DNA of 44,961 nt from an uncultured Bdellovibrionales bacterium (GTDB lineage Bacteria; Patescibacteriota; Minisyncoccia; Moranbacterales; UBA9337). The position numbers were made by a program, and so were the translations under genes. Location of the stretch: assembly GCA_964600645.1 (NCBI GenBank), contig CAZRJL010000003.1, forward strand, positions 1 to 44,961, in the 5' to 3' direction. Shown here in pieces: positions 34,800-43,441 of the stretch. Position 1 is the stretch's first letter. Each line of letters begins with the position of its first letter. The notes below the pieces were generated by a model that saw only the letters and a program-made list of their open reading frames with translations, was not told where the DNA came from and ran no database searches.

Positions 34800-35696
34800 A
34801 TGGCAACTCTATATACTCAAGCGGATAGAAATACCCGATTGACATGGATATATATTTCAGGTTTTTTGATATTTGTAATCGGTGTCGGTTATGTTTTTGC
34901 CGGCGCGATGCAAAATAGCGCGATTTTATATGGCGCGGTCATCTTTTCAATTGTTATGAGCTTCGGTTCGTATTGGTGGAGCGATAAAATTGTGTTGGGA
35001 ATGAGCGGTGCCAAGGAACTTACGCATGACAATAACCGAGAGATATATCATTTGGTGGAAAATCTTTGCATTACGGCGGGACTGCCTTTTCCGAAAATTT
35101 ACATCATTCAAGACAGTGCGCCGAACGCTTTTGCCACCGGAAGAGACCCGAAACATGGAGTGATTTGCCTGACAACCGGAATAATTGAAAAATTGAAAAA
35201 GACCGAGCTGGAAGGAGTAATTGCACACGAGCTTTCGCATATCGGCAATCGCGATATTTTACTTTCGACAGTCGTGGTTGTTTTGGTTGGGTTTATTACC
35301 CTTCTTGCCGACTGGTTTCGGCACTGGGCGTTTTTTGGCGGAAAATCCCGAGATAATGAGGGTGGCGGACAATTGCGTATGATTATGATTGTGTTGGCGA
35401 TAATTTTGTCGATTCTAGCGCCGATTGCGGCGATGTTAATGCAACTCGCGATTTCCAGAAAAAGAGAATTTTTGGCGGATGCTGACGGGGCGCTCCTCAC
35501 AAGATATCCAGAAGGGCTAGCAAGCGCGCTGGAAAAACTTTCCGCTGACCAAGAGTCGCTGGAAGCCGCTAACCGCGCAACCGCGCATTTGTATATTTCC
35601 AATCCATTTAAGGGAAAAAAAGCAAGCAAATTATTCTTAACGCATCCGCCAATAGAGGAGAGAGTGGCGAAGTTGAGAGGGATGGATAATAAATAA
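34800..35696 (+). CDS. htpX: M48-family zinc metalloprotease HtpX
   Basis: HELSHIGNRD (HExxH), four TM helices, C-terminal THPPIEERV. Confidence 0.9.
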   Translation: MATLYTQADRNTRLTWIYISGFLIFVIGVGYVFAGAMQNSAILYGAVIFSIVMSFGSYWWSDKIVLGMSGAKELTHDNNREIYHLVENLCITAGLPFPKIYIIQDSAPNAFATGRDPKHGVICLTTGIIEKLKKTELEGVIAHELSHIGNRDILLSTVVVVLVGFITLLADWFRHWAFFGGKSRDNEGGGQLRMIMIVLAIILSILAPIAAMLMQLAISRKREFLADADGALLTRYPEGLASALEKLSADQESLEAANRATAHLYISNPFKGKKASKLFLTHPPIEERVAKLRGMDNK

Positions 35697-35753
35697 ATTT
35701 GAAATTTGAAATTTTTATTCAATTTTTAATTCATATAAATTTTAAGTTATAAA

Positions 35754-36206
35754 ATGGAAAGAGAAAAAATAGTTCAACCGGAAAAAAGTGAAAGTCTTTT
35801 GGATAAAATAATAAGAGAAAATTTTGAAAGTAGGAGCGCTTTTGAAGAAATTGTTAAGCGAGAGCTTAATAATATGAAAGAAAGTGGTGGAAATTTATCT
35901 GAATGTGAGCTTGCAAGGTATATTATCGGAAAAGATAATTCTAGAGGATTATCTAAAAGAGATTTTGCAGTACTTAAGGATGAGATAATAAGAATAATAA
36001 AAAAGGTAATTGAAAAGGAAAAAAATGGAGAGCAAGGACAAGAGCAAGAGAAAAATAACGTAAATAAAATTCCCACTTTTCATATTCCCAGAAACGGGGA
36101 GAAAATAGCGACCGAAGAAATGAAAAAGGAGGCAAGGATAGCGGAAGAGGATAGTGAATTAATAGGCGAAGGTTTTGATCCGGAGAAAGTTCGAAAGGAA
36201 TTATAA
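35754..36206 (+). CDS. Hypothetical charged/coiled protein
   Basis: 150-aa ORF, K/E-rich, no motif recognised. Confidence 0.45.
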   Translation: MEREKIVQPEKSESLLDKIIRENFESRSAFEEIVKRELNNMKESGGNLSECELARYIIGKDNSRGLSKRDFAVLKDEIIRIIKKVIEKEKNGEQGQEQEKNNVNKIPTFHIPRNGEKIATEEMKKEARIAEEDSELIGEGFDPEKVRKEL

Positions 36207-36236
36207 TAAATTTAATGCAAATAATATATAAATTTA

Positions 36237-36578
36237 ATGAAAATTATTACAAATGAAATTACGATTGCGGAATTGAAAGAAATGTCGGAAAAAATGTTCG
36301 GTAACTTGGTAAAGGCGGTTGTGGATACGGAAAAAGAAATTATGGCGGTTGATGCCGATCTTCATGCCGATGAAGAGTCTTTGTTGTTGGAAAACGGTTC
36401 AGAACAAAAAAATCTTTGGGGTATAAATCTTTATCCGGAATTGACAGAAGATGATTTTGTGGAATTTGATTCAATGATAAATTTGCGTCCTTCGCAAAAA
36501 AACCGCAGCCGTGGAGTGGATGATCTGGATATTCAAAAGCGAATTATTGAAATAGTGAATAAATTAGTTAAGAAATAA
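36237..36578 (+). CDS. Hypothetical 113-aa protein (possibly DUF5674-like; from memory only)
   Basis: Clean ORF whose stop lies 2 nt before the next ATG. Confidence 0.5.
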   Translation: MKIITNEITIAELKEMSEKMFGNLVKAVVDTEKEIMAVDADLHADEESLLLENGSEQKNLWGINLYPELTEDDFVEFDSMINLRPSQKNRSRGVDDLDIQKRIIEIVNKLVKK

Positions 36579-36580
36579 TT

Positions 36581-36913
36581 ATGGAATATCAACATAAAAA
36601 TTTGTCCAATGGACATTGGAATGAAATGACTTTTTTTGAGCAGATGGCTAATATTGGCAGTGAAGTTGAGCGGGCGATAAAATGGAAGAATAAAAACAAT
36701 ATTGAATATAGTCGGATGGCTTTTGAGCGGGCTCTTGAGTTGTTGGATTTTACTGTTTCAGACCCGAAAAATAGAAAGAGATTGAGGGAGTTATTAAGAA
36801 TGCGCGAAATCCTGGCGGATTATTTTGCTTTTGACAATGAATACAAATCTACTGACAAAAGTTGGCAAAATTATTTTTACGCATTTAACTGGGCAGCAAG
36901 AATTAACAAATAG
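36581..36913 (+). CDS. Hypothetical 110-aa helical protein
   Basis: Clean ORF translationally coupled to 36237-36578. Helical heptad-like sequence (ANIGSEVERAIKW...FERALELLDF...RLRELLRMREILADYF). Confidence 0.5.
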   Translation: MEYQHKNLSNGHWNEMTFFEQMANIGSEVERAIKWKNKNNIEYSRMAFERALELLDFTVSDPKNRKRLRELLRMREILADYFAFDNEYKSTDKSWQNYFYAFNWAARINK

Positions 36914-36923
36914 TATAAGGAGA

Positions 36924-36980
36924 ATAAAAAAAGGACAAGCGCGATGTCATGTGTCATTTGGCACGGAATCGGCTTGTCCT
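36924..36980 (-). terminator. Rho-independent terminator of the minus-strand gene 37004-37300
   Basis: 9-bp stem aggacaagc / gcttgtcct (large loop), followed on the minus strand by a U-run. Confidence 0.5.
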
Positions 36981-37003
36981 GGAAGAGGGGCATTAGTTTA
37001 ATG

Positions 37004-37300
37004 TTAAATTCGGCCTGCTGCTCGGAGCTGATCCACCCAGCTCATTACTTTGAAAATGAATTCCAGTCCTCTGCTGGTTTTGAGGACATTTATACCGCTA
37101 CTGGTGATTATGTACTTTCCATTTTCCAGTAGCACATAATCGCTGGCATTTACGAGTTCGTTTAGCTCTATACCGAGCTCATTTTCTTCCCAGGGGCATT
37201 CTTCCCCTAGTTTTTCATGCAGACCATCCAAAATCTCCTGAATGGTCTGAGATCCATTATTAAAGAGCCTCAATAAAATCAGCAGCATATTCGTGTCCAT
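37004..37300 (-). CDS. Hypothetical 98-aa protein, possibly winged-helix-like
   Basis: SD aaggag 7 nt upstream of ATG 37300. The sequence is visibly more G+C-rich than its neighbours. LLILLRLFNNGSQTIQEILDGL resembles a wHTH recognition region (weak). Confidence 0.45.
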   Translation of the reverse strand: MDTNMLLILLRLFNNGSQTIQEILDGLHEKLGEECPWEENELGIELNELVNASDYVLLENGKYIITSSGINVLKTSRGLEFIFKVMSWVDQLRAAGRI

Positions 37301-37470
37301 TTTGTTCTCCTTGTCAATGTGTTTATTTATTGATTTTCGGCCTCTTACTGATATAAAAAGATAGCAATTATTTTTTCTTCTGTCAATTATCAATCGAAAT
37401 TTGTCAGAGTAGGATAAATGTATTTCTGTGTTAGAATAAATTTGTATATTTGTAAAAGATTTGTAATTCT

Positions 37471-37908
37471 ATGCAATTTAAGATTCCTGCGGATAATGAT
37501 AAGTATCAGTGGACGGCGCATTCAGTGATGAAAATGCGGCAATATGGGCTGAGCGCCCAGCGGGTTTTGCGCGTGGTACGTTCGCCTCATCGCAAAGAAG
37601 AAGGGATTGTGAAAAAAACGATTGCCGTGATGCAGCCGGTTTCATTCAAAACAGATAAAGAAGGCAAGCGAACCTGGGGAAGTGAAATCTGGGTGATGTA
37701 CCAACTGAAATCTCAAAAATCAAAAATCAAAAATCAAAATTTAAAATCCGAAATGAATTTAAATTTAAAATTGGAAAAGCTAATGAAACTAAAAAATAAT
37801 GAAGCTAAGAAGTTAAAAATAATCAGTGCTTGGAAATATCCCGGGGTGAGTCCGAAGAATAACCCCGTACCGGAAGAAATATTACGGGAACTGGACGACG
37901 TTGTGTAA
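37471..37908 (+). CDS. Hypothetical 145-aa protein with a central heptamer-repeat-encoded low-complexity insert
   Basis: The N-terminal ~80 aa and C-terminal ~30 aa look protein-like. The middle (KSQKSKIKNQNLKSEMNLNLKL) is encoded by the tandem heptamers. Confidence 0.5.
   Translation: MQFKIPADNDKYQWTAHSVMKMRQYGLSAQRVLRVVRSPHRKEEGIVKKTIAVMQPVSFKTDKEGKRTWGSEIWVMYQLKSQKSKIKNQNLKSEMNLNLKLEKLMKLKNNEAKKLKIISAWKYPGVSPKNNPVPEEILRELDDVV
37713..37770. repeat. Tandem heptamers (tcaaaaa x3, tcaaaat, ttaaaat, ccgaaat, gaattta, aatttaa)
   Basis: 7-nt register decaying 3'-ward. The unit is the same as in ileS 24774-24808. Confidence 0.85.
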
Positions 37909-37984
37909 TTTTTGTTGTCGTGATAAAATGGAATAAATAGGCGGTGGGCTGTTTGATCTAAATATTAATAATAATAATAAAAAT

Positions 37985-38398
37985 ATGGAAGAATCAAAGA
38001 ACGTTGACAATAATGAAAAACAAGCAGAAGAACAAAAAGAGAATGTTCAATTAAGTGAAGATGCTAAAAAATCCTCAAGCGAGGAGAAGGGAGTGAAGGT
38101 TGGTAGTGATGCTCAGGAAAACAAGGCAATCGCTTTGTTGAGTTATATCTCAATTCTTTTTCTGATTCCTCTTTTATCAAAAAAAGACAGTCCTTTTTGT
38201 CAGTTTCATGCGAAGCAGGGCTTGGTCTTGTTTATCATCGAAATTGTCGGATGGTTTCTGACTCCGTTTTTCGGATTGGGAGTTTTGGTTAATCTTGTCG
38301 CGTTGATTTTGATGATTATGGGGATTATTAATGTGCTTAACGGTGAAACAAAAAAGCTTCCTTTGATTGGTGATTTTGCGGATAAATTCAATTTATAG
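37985..38398 (+). CDS. Small membrane protein (DUF4870-like)
   Basis: Acidic N-terminus, then LLSYISILFLIPLL...FHAKQGLVLFIIE and further TM helices. Confidence 0.55.
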   Translation: MEESKNVDNNEKQAEEQKENVQLSEDAKKSSSEEKGVKVGSDAQENKAIALLSYISILFLIPLLSKKDSPFCQFHAKQGLVLFIIEIVGWFLTPFFGLGVLVNLVALILMIMGIINVLNGETKKLPLIGDFADKFNL

Positions 38399-38430
38399 AT
38401 CTGGTTGTTTTTTGCATAAATCTTTCAAAG

Positions 38431-38464
38431 CAGGCGGTTTCTAGAAAGTTGCCTGTTTTGATTT
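38431..38464 (+). terminator. Rho-independent terminator
   Basis: Stem caggcggttt / aaagttgcctg (10 bp including 3 G-U pairs), followed by ttttgattt. Confidence 0.5.
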
Positions 38465-38516
38465 GGAGGAATAAGTGCGATAAAATCAAAATAGAAAAAA
38501 TATACAAATTAAAGAA

Positions 38517-39953
38517 ATGTCTCATTCATACAATAAAAAAACAAAAATAGTGGCGACAATCGGACCGTCCTGCGAGTCTGAAGAAAAATTGGAAAAAATG
38601 ATACGAGCGGGAATGAATATTGCTCGGCTTAATTTTTCTCATGGAACGCATGAATGGCATGGGAAAATAATTGAGAGGATTAGAAAAGTTTGTGCAAAAT
38701 TAAACGCTAATGTTGGAATTTTGGCCGATTTGCAAGGTCCGCGTATTCGCGTGCAAACAAATGATGAGATTGATGCGAAAAGAGGAAAGGAAATTTTAGT
38801 GAGCGATGTTCGTTATCGTAAGGTGGTTTCCGATATGTCCGCAAGTATATTTTTTTTGGACCACCCGGGAATTATTGATGGGGTTGAAGAAGGGAATGAA
38901 ATTTTAGTGGAAGACGGATTGATAAAAGTCAAAGTGATAAAAAAAGAAAAGAATTTTTTGCGAACAAAAGTTATCGATGGAGGAATAATCAAAAATTGCA
39001 AAGGAGTAAATATTCCGGATGCCCAATTGAACATCGGAGTAATAACGAAAAAAGATGATTTGGATTTGAAATTTTCTCTTGAAAAAGGAGTAGATTTTGT
39101 CGCTCTTTCATTTGTTAGTAGTGCGAAGGATATTTTGGATTTGCGAAAAAAGATGAAATGTATTTTGGGAAAAGAGGATAGTCCTCAGATTATTGCAAAA
39201 ATAGAAAGAAAAGAGGCAATTAATAATCTGGATGAAATAATCGAGCAAACGGATGCGGTAATGGTGGCGCGTGGAGATTTGGGGATTGAATTGGATCCGA
39301 GCAAGGTGGTAATTTGGCAAAAAGAAATAATCAAAAAGAGTCTCAAGAAAGCCAAACCGGTAATTGTGGCGACACAAATGCTCAACAGCATGATTGAAAA
39401 TCCCCGTCCAACCAGAGCGGAAGTGAGTGATGTTTCCAATGCGGTAATCGATCATACGGATGCCGTAATGCTCAGCGGTGAATCAGCCAGCGGGAAATAT
39501 CCGGTTGAAAGCGTGAAAATGATGGCGGAAATCATCAAAAATACGGAAGAGTCGCCTTTTGACGATGTATATAAATATATGGATCTGCATATTACTACTG
39601 AATATGCAACAGTGATTCGCAGTGCCTACGAAATCGCTAAAAGCTATGATGTGAGAGCGATTGCGATGATTAGCCTGAGTGGTTTCACAGCCAGATTGGT
39701 TTCTCATTTTCGTCCAGATCAAGATATTTTGGTTGTGACGAATAATGCCAGGACTTTTAATCAATTTTCTTTAGTTTGGGGAGTGAGTGGTTATCTTTTT
39801 GAGGGCGATGAAAGATTGGAAATTTTGATTGATAAAATGCTTAATAAGGCAAAAAAAGAAAAGCGCATAAGCACCGGCGATAATGTGGTGGTGATTGTCG
39901 GCAGGGATTGTAGCGGAAATAAAATGCGTCTGGTTGGAATTCGCAAGGCTTGA
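38517..39953 (+). CDS. pyk: Pyruvate kinase
   Basis: KTKIVATIGPS, NFSHG, MVARGDLG, ATQML.SM signatures; 478 aa. Confidence 0.92.
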   Translation: MSHSYNKKTKIVATIGPSCESEEKLEKMIRAGMNIARLNFSHGTHEWHGKIIERIRKVCAKLNANVGILADLQGPRIRVQTNDEIDAKRGKEILVSDVRYRKVVSDMSASIFFLDHPGIIDGVEEGNEILVEDGLIKVKVIKKEKNFLRTKVIDGGIIKNCKGVNIPDAQLNIGVITKKDDLDLKFSLEKGVDFVALSFVSSAKDILDLRKKMKCILGKEDSPQIIAKIERKEAINNLDEIIEQTDAVMVARGDLGIELDPSKVVIWQKEIIKKSLKKAKPVIVATQMLNSMIENPRPTRAEVSDVSNAVIDHTDAVMLSGESASGKYPVESVKMMAEIIKNTEESPFDDVYKYMDLHITTEYATVIRSAYEIAKSYDVRAIAMISLSGFTARLVSHFRPDQDILVVTNNARTFNQFSLVWGVSGYLFEGDERLEILIDKMLNKAKKEKRISTGDNVVVIVGRDCSGNKMRLVGIRKA

Positions 39954-39990
39954 CTTTTGGCTATAAATAAGTATTATTAGCCAAGTAAGG

Positions 39991-40079
39991 GGAAGGGTCG
40001 CATAGCTGGTCTAGTGCGCACGCTTGGAAAGCGTGTGTGTCGAAAGGCACCGCGAGTTCGAATCTCGCTCCTTCCGCCA
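39991..40079 (+). tRNA. tRNA-Ser (anticodon GGA), class II, CCA encoded
   Basis: Acceptor ggaaggg/tccttcc. D arm gca-(12 nt)-tgc. Anticodon arm cacgc-ttGGAaa-gcgtg. 16-nt variable arm. T arm gcgag-ttcgaat-ctcgc. Discriminator g plus cca. Total 89 nt. Confidence 0.9.
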
Positions 40080-40081
40080 AT

Positions 40082-41875
40082 ATGAATTCCAATACTGAAG
40101 AAATTAAGGCGCGGGTGAATATTATCGATTTTATCGGTGGATATGTCCGCTTGCAAAAAGCCGGCTCAAGCTGGAAAGCTTGTTGTCCTTTTCATAATGA
40201 AAAAACGCCCTCGTTTGTCGTTAATGAGGAAAAACAATTCTGGCATTGTTTTGGTTGTGGAAAAAGCGGAGACATCTTCACTTTTTTGATGGAAATAGAG
40301 GGAGTCGGTTTTCGTGAAGCGTTGAAGATTTTGGCGGATAGGGCAGGAGTACCGCTTCCGGAGTATAATCCGCAAGAAGAGAAAGAAAAAAATCGGGGCG
40401 TGGATATTTTGGAACTTTCGGTGAAATTTTACGAAAAACAACTCTGGGAGGGAATAGGGAAGACAAAAGCATTGGAATATTTGAGGCAAAGAGGGTTGAA
40501 AGACGAAACAATAAAATGGTTTCGTTTGGGATATGCTCCCGACGGATGGCGTAATTTGTTGGATTTTCTGCTTAGCCGGGGTTATGGGATGGAAGAAATT
40601 TCCAAAACCGGAGTAATAGTTAACAAGCAAGATGACTCTCAGCGTTTTTATGATCGCTTCAGGGACAGGATCATTTTTCCGATCGCCGACGCAATGGGAA
40701 AAATTGTCGGTTTTACGGCAAGAGTGGCTCCGGGCGGCGACGAATCGCAAGCGAAATACGTGAACACTCCGGAATCGGAGTTTTATCACAAGAGCCGAAT
40801 TTTGTATGGAATCGACAAGGCTAAGGGAGAAATAAAAAACAAAGACCGAGCGGTTTTAGTGGAGGGAAATATGGATGTTATCGCTTCGCATCAAGCCGGA
40901 ATAAAAAATACTATTGCAGTTTCCGGCACGGCGCTCACGCAACAGCAAATAGATATCATCAAACGCTACACGAGAAACTTGTATTTGTTTTTTGACGCTG
41001 ATACGGCTGGCCGGCAGGCGGCGGTGCGAAGTTGTGAAATGGCCTTTGCAAATGATTTGAATGTTTTTATTATTGAGCCATCTGAAGGAAAAGACGCGGC
41101 TGACATCGCACAGAAAAATCCCAATGATTTGTTGAAACTACTAGAAGGAGCTACCGAGGCGATGGAATATTTCTTGCAAAAATTTTTCGCAAAATATAAT
41201 TCGGAAAACATCGCGGAAAAGAAAAAGATTGTCCGAGATTCTGTTGCGCTGATAATTAATTTTCCCAAAGAAATAGATCGCCAGCACTGGGGAAAAAAGT
41301 TGGCCGAGCGTTTGAGTGTCGATGAAAAAGTGATTTATGAAGAAATATCTCTAGCGAGCAATAGCGCAAATGCTTATCCGGAAAGGAAATTCCGGCAAGA
41401 AACGGACATTTTTTCCAAAAAAAGAAAAAGAAGCACTATTATCGGAGAAAGAATATTTTCTTTGTTGCTTGGAAACGAGGATGTTTGGAAGATGGCGGAA
41501 GAGAAGCGCGGAAGGGAAATGGTGGAATATTTTGCGGATAATGTTTTTTTTGCGGATATTCTGTCATTGGGCAAAAAAAATGATTTTAAATTTGATAAAT
41601 TTGAAATGTTGATTGATGATGAAAAAGAGCGGGAGTTTCTGAGAAAAATGAAATTTTCGAGCGTTGAAGAAGATATTGCTAAAGGCAATGACGTGCTATT
41701 TGACGGGAAATGGAAATATTTTGAACAATTGATGGAGGAATTGAAAAAGGAAAAGAAAAGAGAGCAAGTTGATTTTTTGGTTAAGGAAATCGCATCAGCC
41801 GAAAAAGATGGCGATAAGGAGCGAGTGAAAAAAATAGCGCGAAAATTGTCTGATTTATCCCGGGAAGATAAATGA
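40082..41875 (+). CDS. dnaG: DNA primase
   Basis: CCPFHNEKTPSFVV...WHCFGCG zinc finger, TOPRIM VEGNMDVI and FDADTAGRQAA. ATG 40082 is chosen because the longer ORF start lies inside the tRNA. Confidence 0.9.
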   Translation: MNSNTEEIKARVNIIDFIGGYVRLQKAGSSWKACCPFHNEKTPSFVVNEEKQFWHCFGCGKSGDIFTFLMEIEGVGFREALKILADRAGVPLPEYNPQEEKEKNRGVDILELSVKFYEKQLWEGIGKTKALEYLRQRGLKDETIKWFRLGYAPDGWRNLLDFLLSRGYGMEEISKTGVIVNKQDDSQRFYDRFRDRIIFPIADAMGKIVGFTARVAPGGDESQAKYVNTPESEFYHKSRILYGIDKAKGEIKNKDRAVLVEGNMDVIASHQAGIKNTIAVSGTALTQQQIDIIKRYTRNLYLFFDADTAGRQAAVRSCEMAFANDLNVFIIEPSEGKDAADIAQKNPNDLLKLLEGATEAMEYFLQKFFAKYNSENIAEKKKIVRDSVALIINFPKEIDRQHWGKKLAERLSVDEKVIYEEISLASNSANAYPERKFRQETDIFSKKRKRSTIIGERIFSLLLGNEDVWKMAEEKRGREMVEYFADNVFFADILSLGKKNDFKFDKFEMLIDDEKEREFLRKMKFSSVEEDIAKGNDVLFDGKWKYFEQLMEELKKEKKREQVDFLVKEIASAEKDGDKERVKKIARKLSDLSREDK

Positions 41876-41956
41876 AATATTGTTTTTGCCGCAGAAGTAG
41901 TATAAAATTAAGTAGCAGAAAAACCTTTCAGTTCTTAATGTAAAAATATATAAGTT

Positions 41957-43306
41957 ATGAGCAAGACAATCAAGAAAAAAAGTAAAATGAAAAAAGCCAA
42001 AAAATCAACATCCAGGAAGTTGGCAAGTAAGATTATAAAGAAAAAAAAGGCGAAGATTGAGCAAAAAAAGCGCAGTGTCAAGGAAACAAAGAAGACTGCA
42101 AAGAAGAAGAAAAATGTCGCAAAAAAGACAGCCAAGAAAGCCGGAGGTTTTTCGCGCGCGACAAAAACAACCAGTAAATCGGTAAAAGTCAAACAGTCAC
42201 AACCCAAGAAAGAAAACTTATTGGAAGAGCTTGTGTCTCGAGGAAAAATCAGGGGGTTTATAACCGAGGATGAAATTATTCATATAATTCCTGAAATAGA
42301 AAAAGATTTAGATGATCTGGAGAATTTATACGAAAAATTGGAAACTAATGGAATTCGAGTAGTGGGATCGGGCGAAATGATTAAGATGGAAGTGGACGCA
42401 ACAGTGGAAAGTTTTGAGAAAGAAAAAAATAGAAAGGAAAAAGAAAGACAGACGATAATCAATGAGGGAGAAGCCAACTCATCCGATTCAGTGCAAATGT
42501 ATTTGAAAGAAATCGGAAGAGTTCCGTTGCTCAAAACTGAGGATGAAATTCGTTTGGCGAAATTGAATGAAAAGGGAGATTTGGCGGCTAAAAAACAACT
42601 TACTGAAGCTAATTTACGATTGGTTGTAAGTATTGCCAAAAAATATGTGGGTCGCTCGCACAATTTGGGTCTTTTGGATTTGATTCAAGAGGGAAATATC
42701 GGTTTGTTTCGAGCGGTGGAAAAATTCGATTATCGCAAAGGATACAAATTTTCCACTTATGCTACTTGGTGGATTCGCCAAGCGATTACGCGCGCGCTGG
42801 CCGATCAATCCAGAACAATCCGCATTCCGGTACATATGGTGGAGACTATCAATAAATATATTCAAATAACCCGTCGCTTGGTTCAGGAATTGGGACGCGA
42901 ACCATTAGCCGAAGAAATTGCGGCAGAAATGGATATGGAAGTAGATAAAATCAGACATATACAAAAAATTTCACAGGAAACGGTTTCATTGGAAACTTCG
43001 GTTGGTGACAGCGATGACGAAAGCGTGCTGGGTGATTTTATTGAGGACACGGAAACGATTATGCCTAATCAAGCCGCCTCAAGAAAATTGCTTACCGGTC
43101 ATGTCGCGGAAGTTCTCAGTGAACTTACTCCTCGCGAGCAAAAAATTCTCAAAATTCGTTTCGGATTGGAAGACGGAGTGACTCATACTTTGGAAGAAGT
43201 CGGGCAGGAATTCGGAGTAACGCGTGAGCGTATTCGTCAAATTGAAGCCAAAGCTTTGGAAAAAATCCGCGATCATTCCGGAGTAAGTAAATTGAAAGAT
43301 TACTAG
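41957..43306 (+). CDS. rpoD: Primary RNA polymerase sigma factor with a ~90-aa lysine-rich N-terminal extension
   Basis: Regions 2-4 are canonical ([38 protein letters not shown]; [24 protein letters not shown]). N-terminus: [16 protein letters not shown].... Confidence 0.92.
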   Translation: MSKTIKKKSKMKKAKKSTSRKLASKIIKKKKAKIEQKKRSVKETKKTAKKKKNVAKKTAKKAGGFSRATKTTSKSVKVKQSQPKKENLLEELVSRGKIRGFITEDEIIHIIPEIEKDLDDLENLYEKLETNGIRVVGSGEMIKMEVDATVESFEKEKNRKEKERQTIINEGEANSSDSVQMYLKEIGRVPLLKTEDEIRLAKLNEKGDLAAKKQLTEANLRLVVSIAKKYVGRSHNLGLLDLIQEGNIGLFRAVEKFDYRKGYKFSTYATWWIRQAITRALADQSRTIRIPVHMVETINKYIQITRRLVQELGREPLAEEIAAEMDMEVDKIRHIQKISQETVSLETSVGDSDDESVLGDFIEDTETIMPNQAASRKLLTGHVAEVLSELTPREQKILKIRFGLEDGVTHTLEEVGQEFGVTRERIRQIEAKALEKIRDHSGVSKLKDY

Positions 43307-43351
43307 AATTTTTTCAGAAGTAGAATTTGCGTGCTCAAAGAATACTTGTCC

Positions 43352-43441
43352 GGTTTTCTGAAAAATATTTTTTTCTCCGGCTTTTCGTCGGAACACAGTA
43401 GCTACGAAAAAAACATTTTTTCAGAAAACCTGGTGTTTTTT
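43352..43441. terminator. Long nested hairpin between convergent rpoD and the M23 gene; long copy of the 16178-16219 element
   Basis: 14-bp outer stem ggttttctgaaaaa (43352-65) / tttttcagaaaacc (43417-30). Inner stem ttttcgt/acgaaaa. Followed by tggtgtttttt. Confidence 0.65.

Noticed and set aside
40037-40081. Longer dnaG ORF starting at 40037
   Set aside because: That start and its first 15 codons lie inside the tRNA-Ser gene. The conserved primase N-terminus begins at the ATG at 40082.
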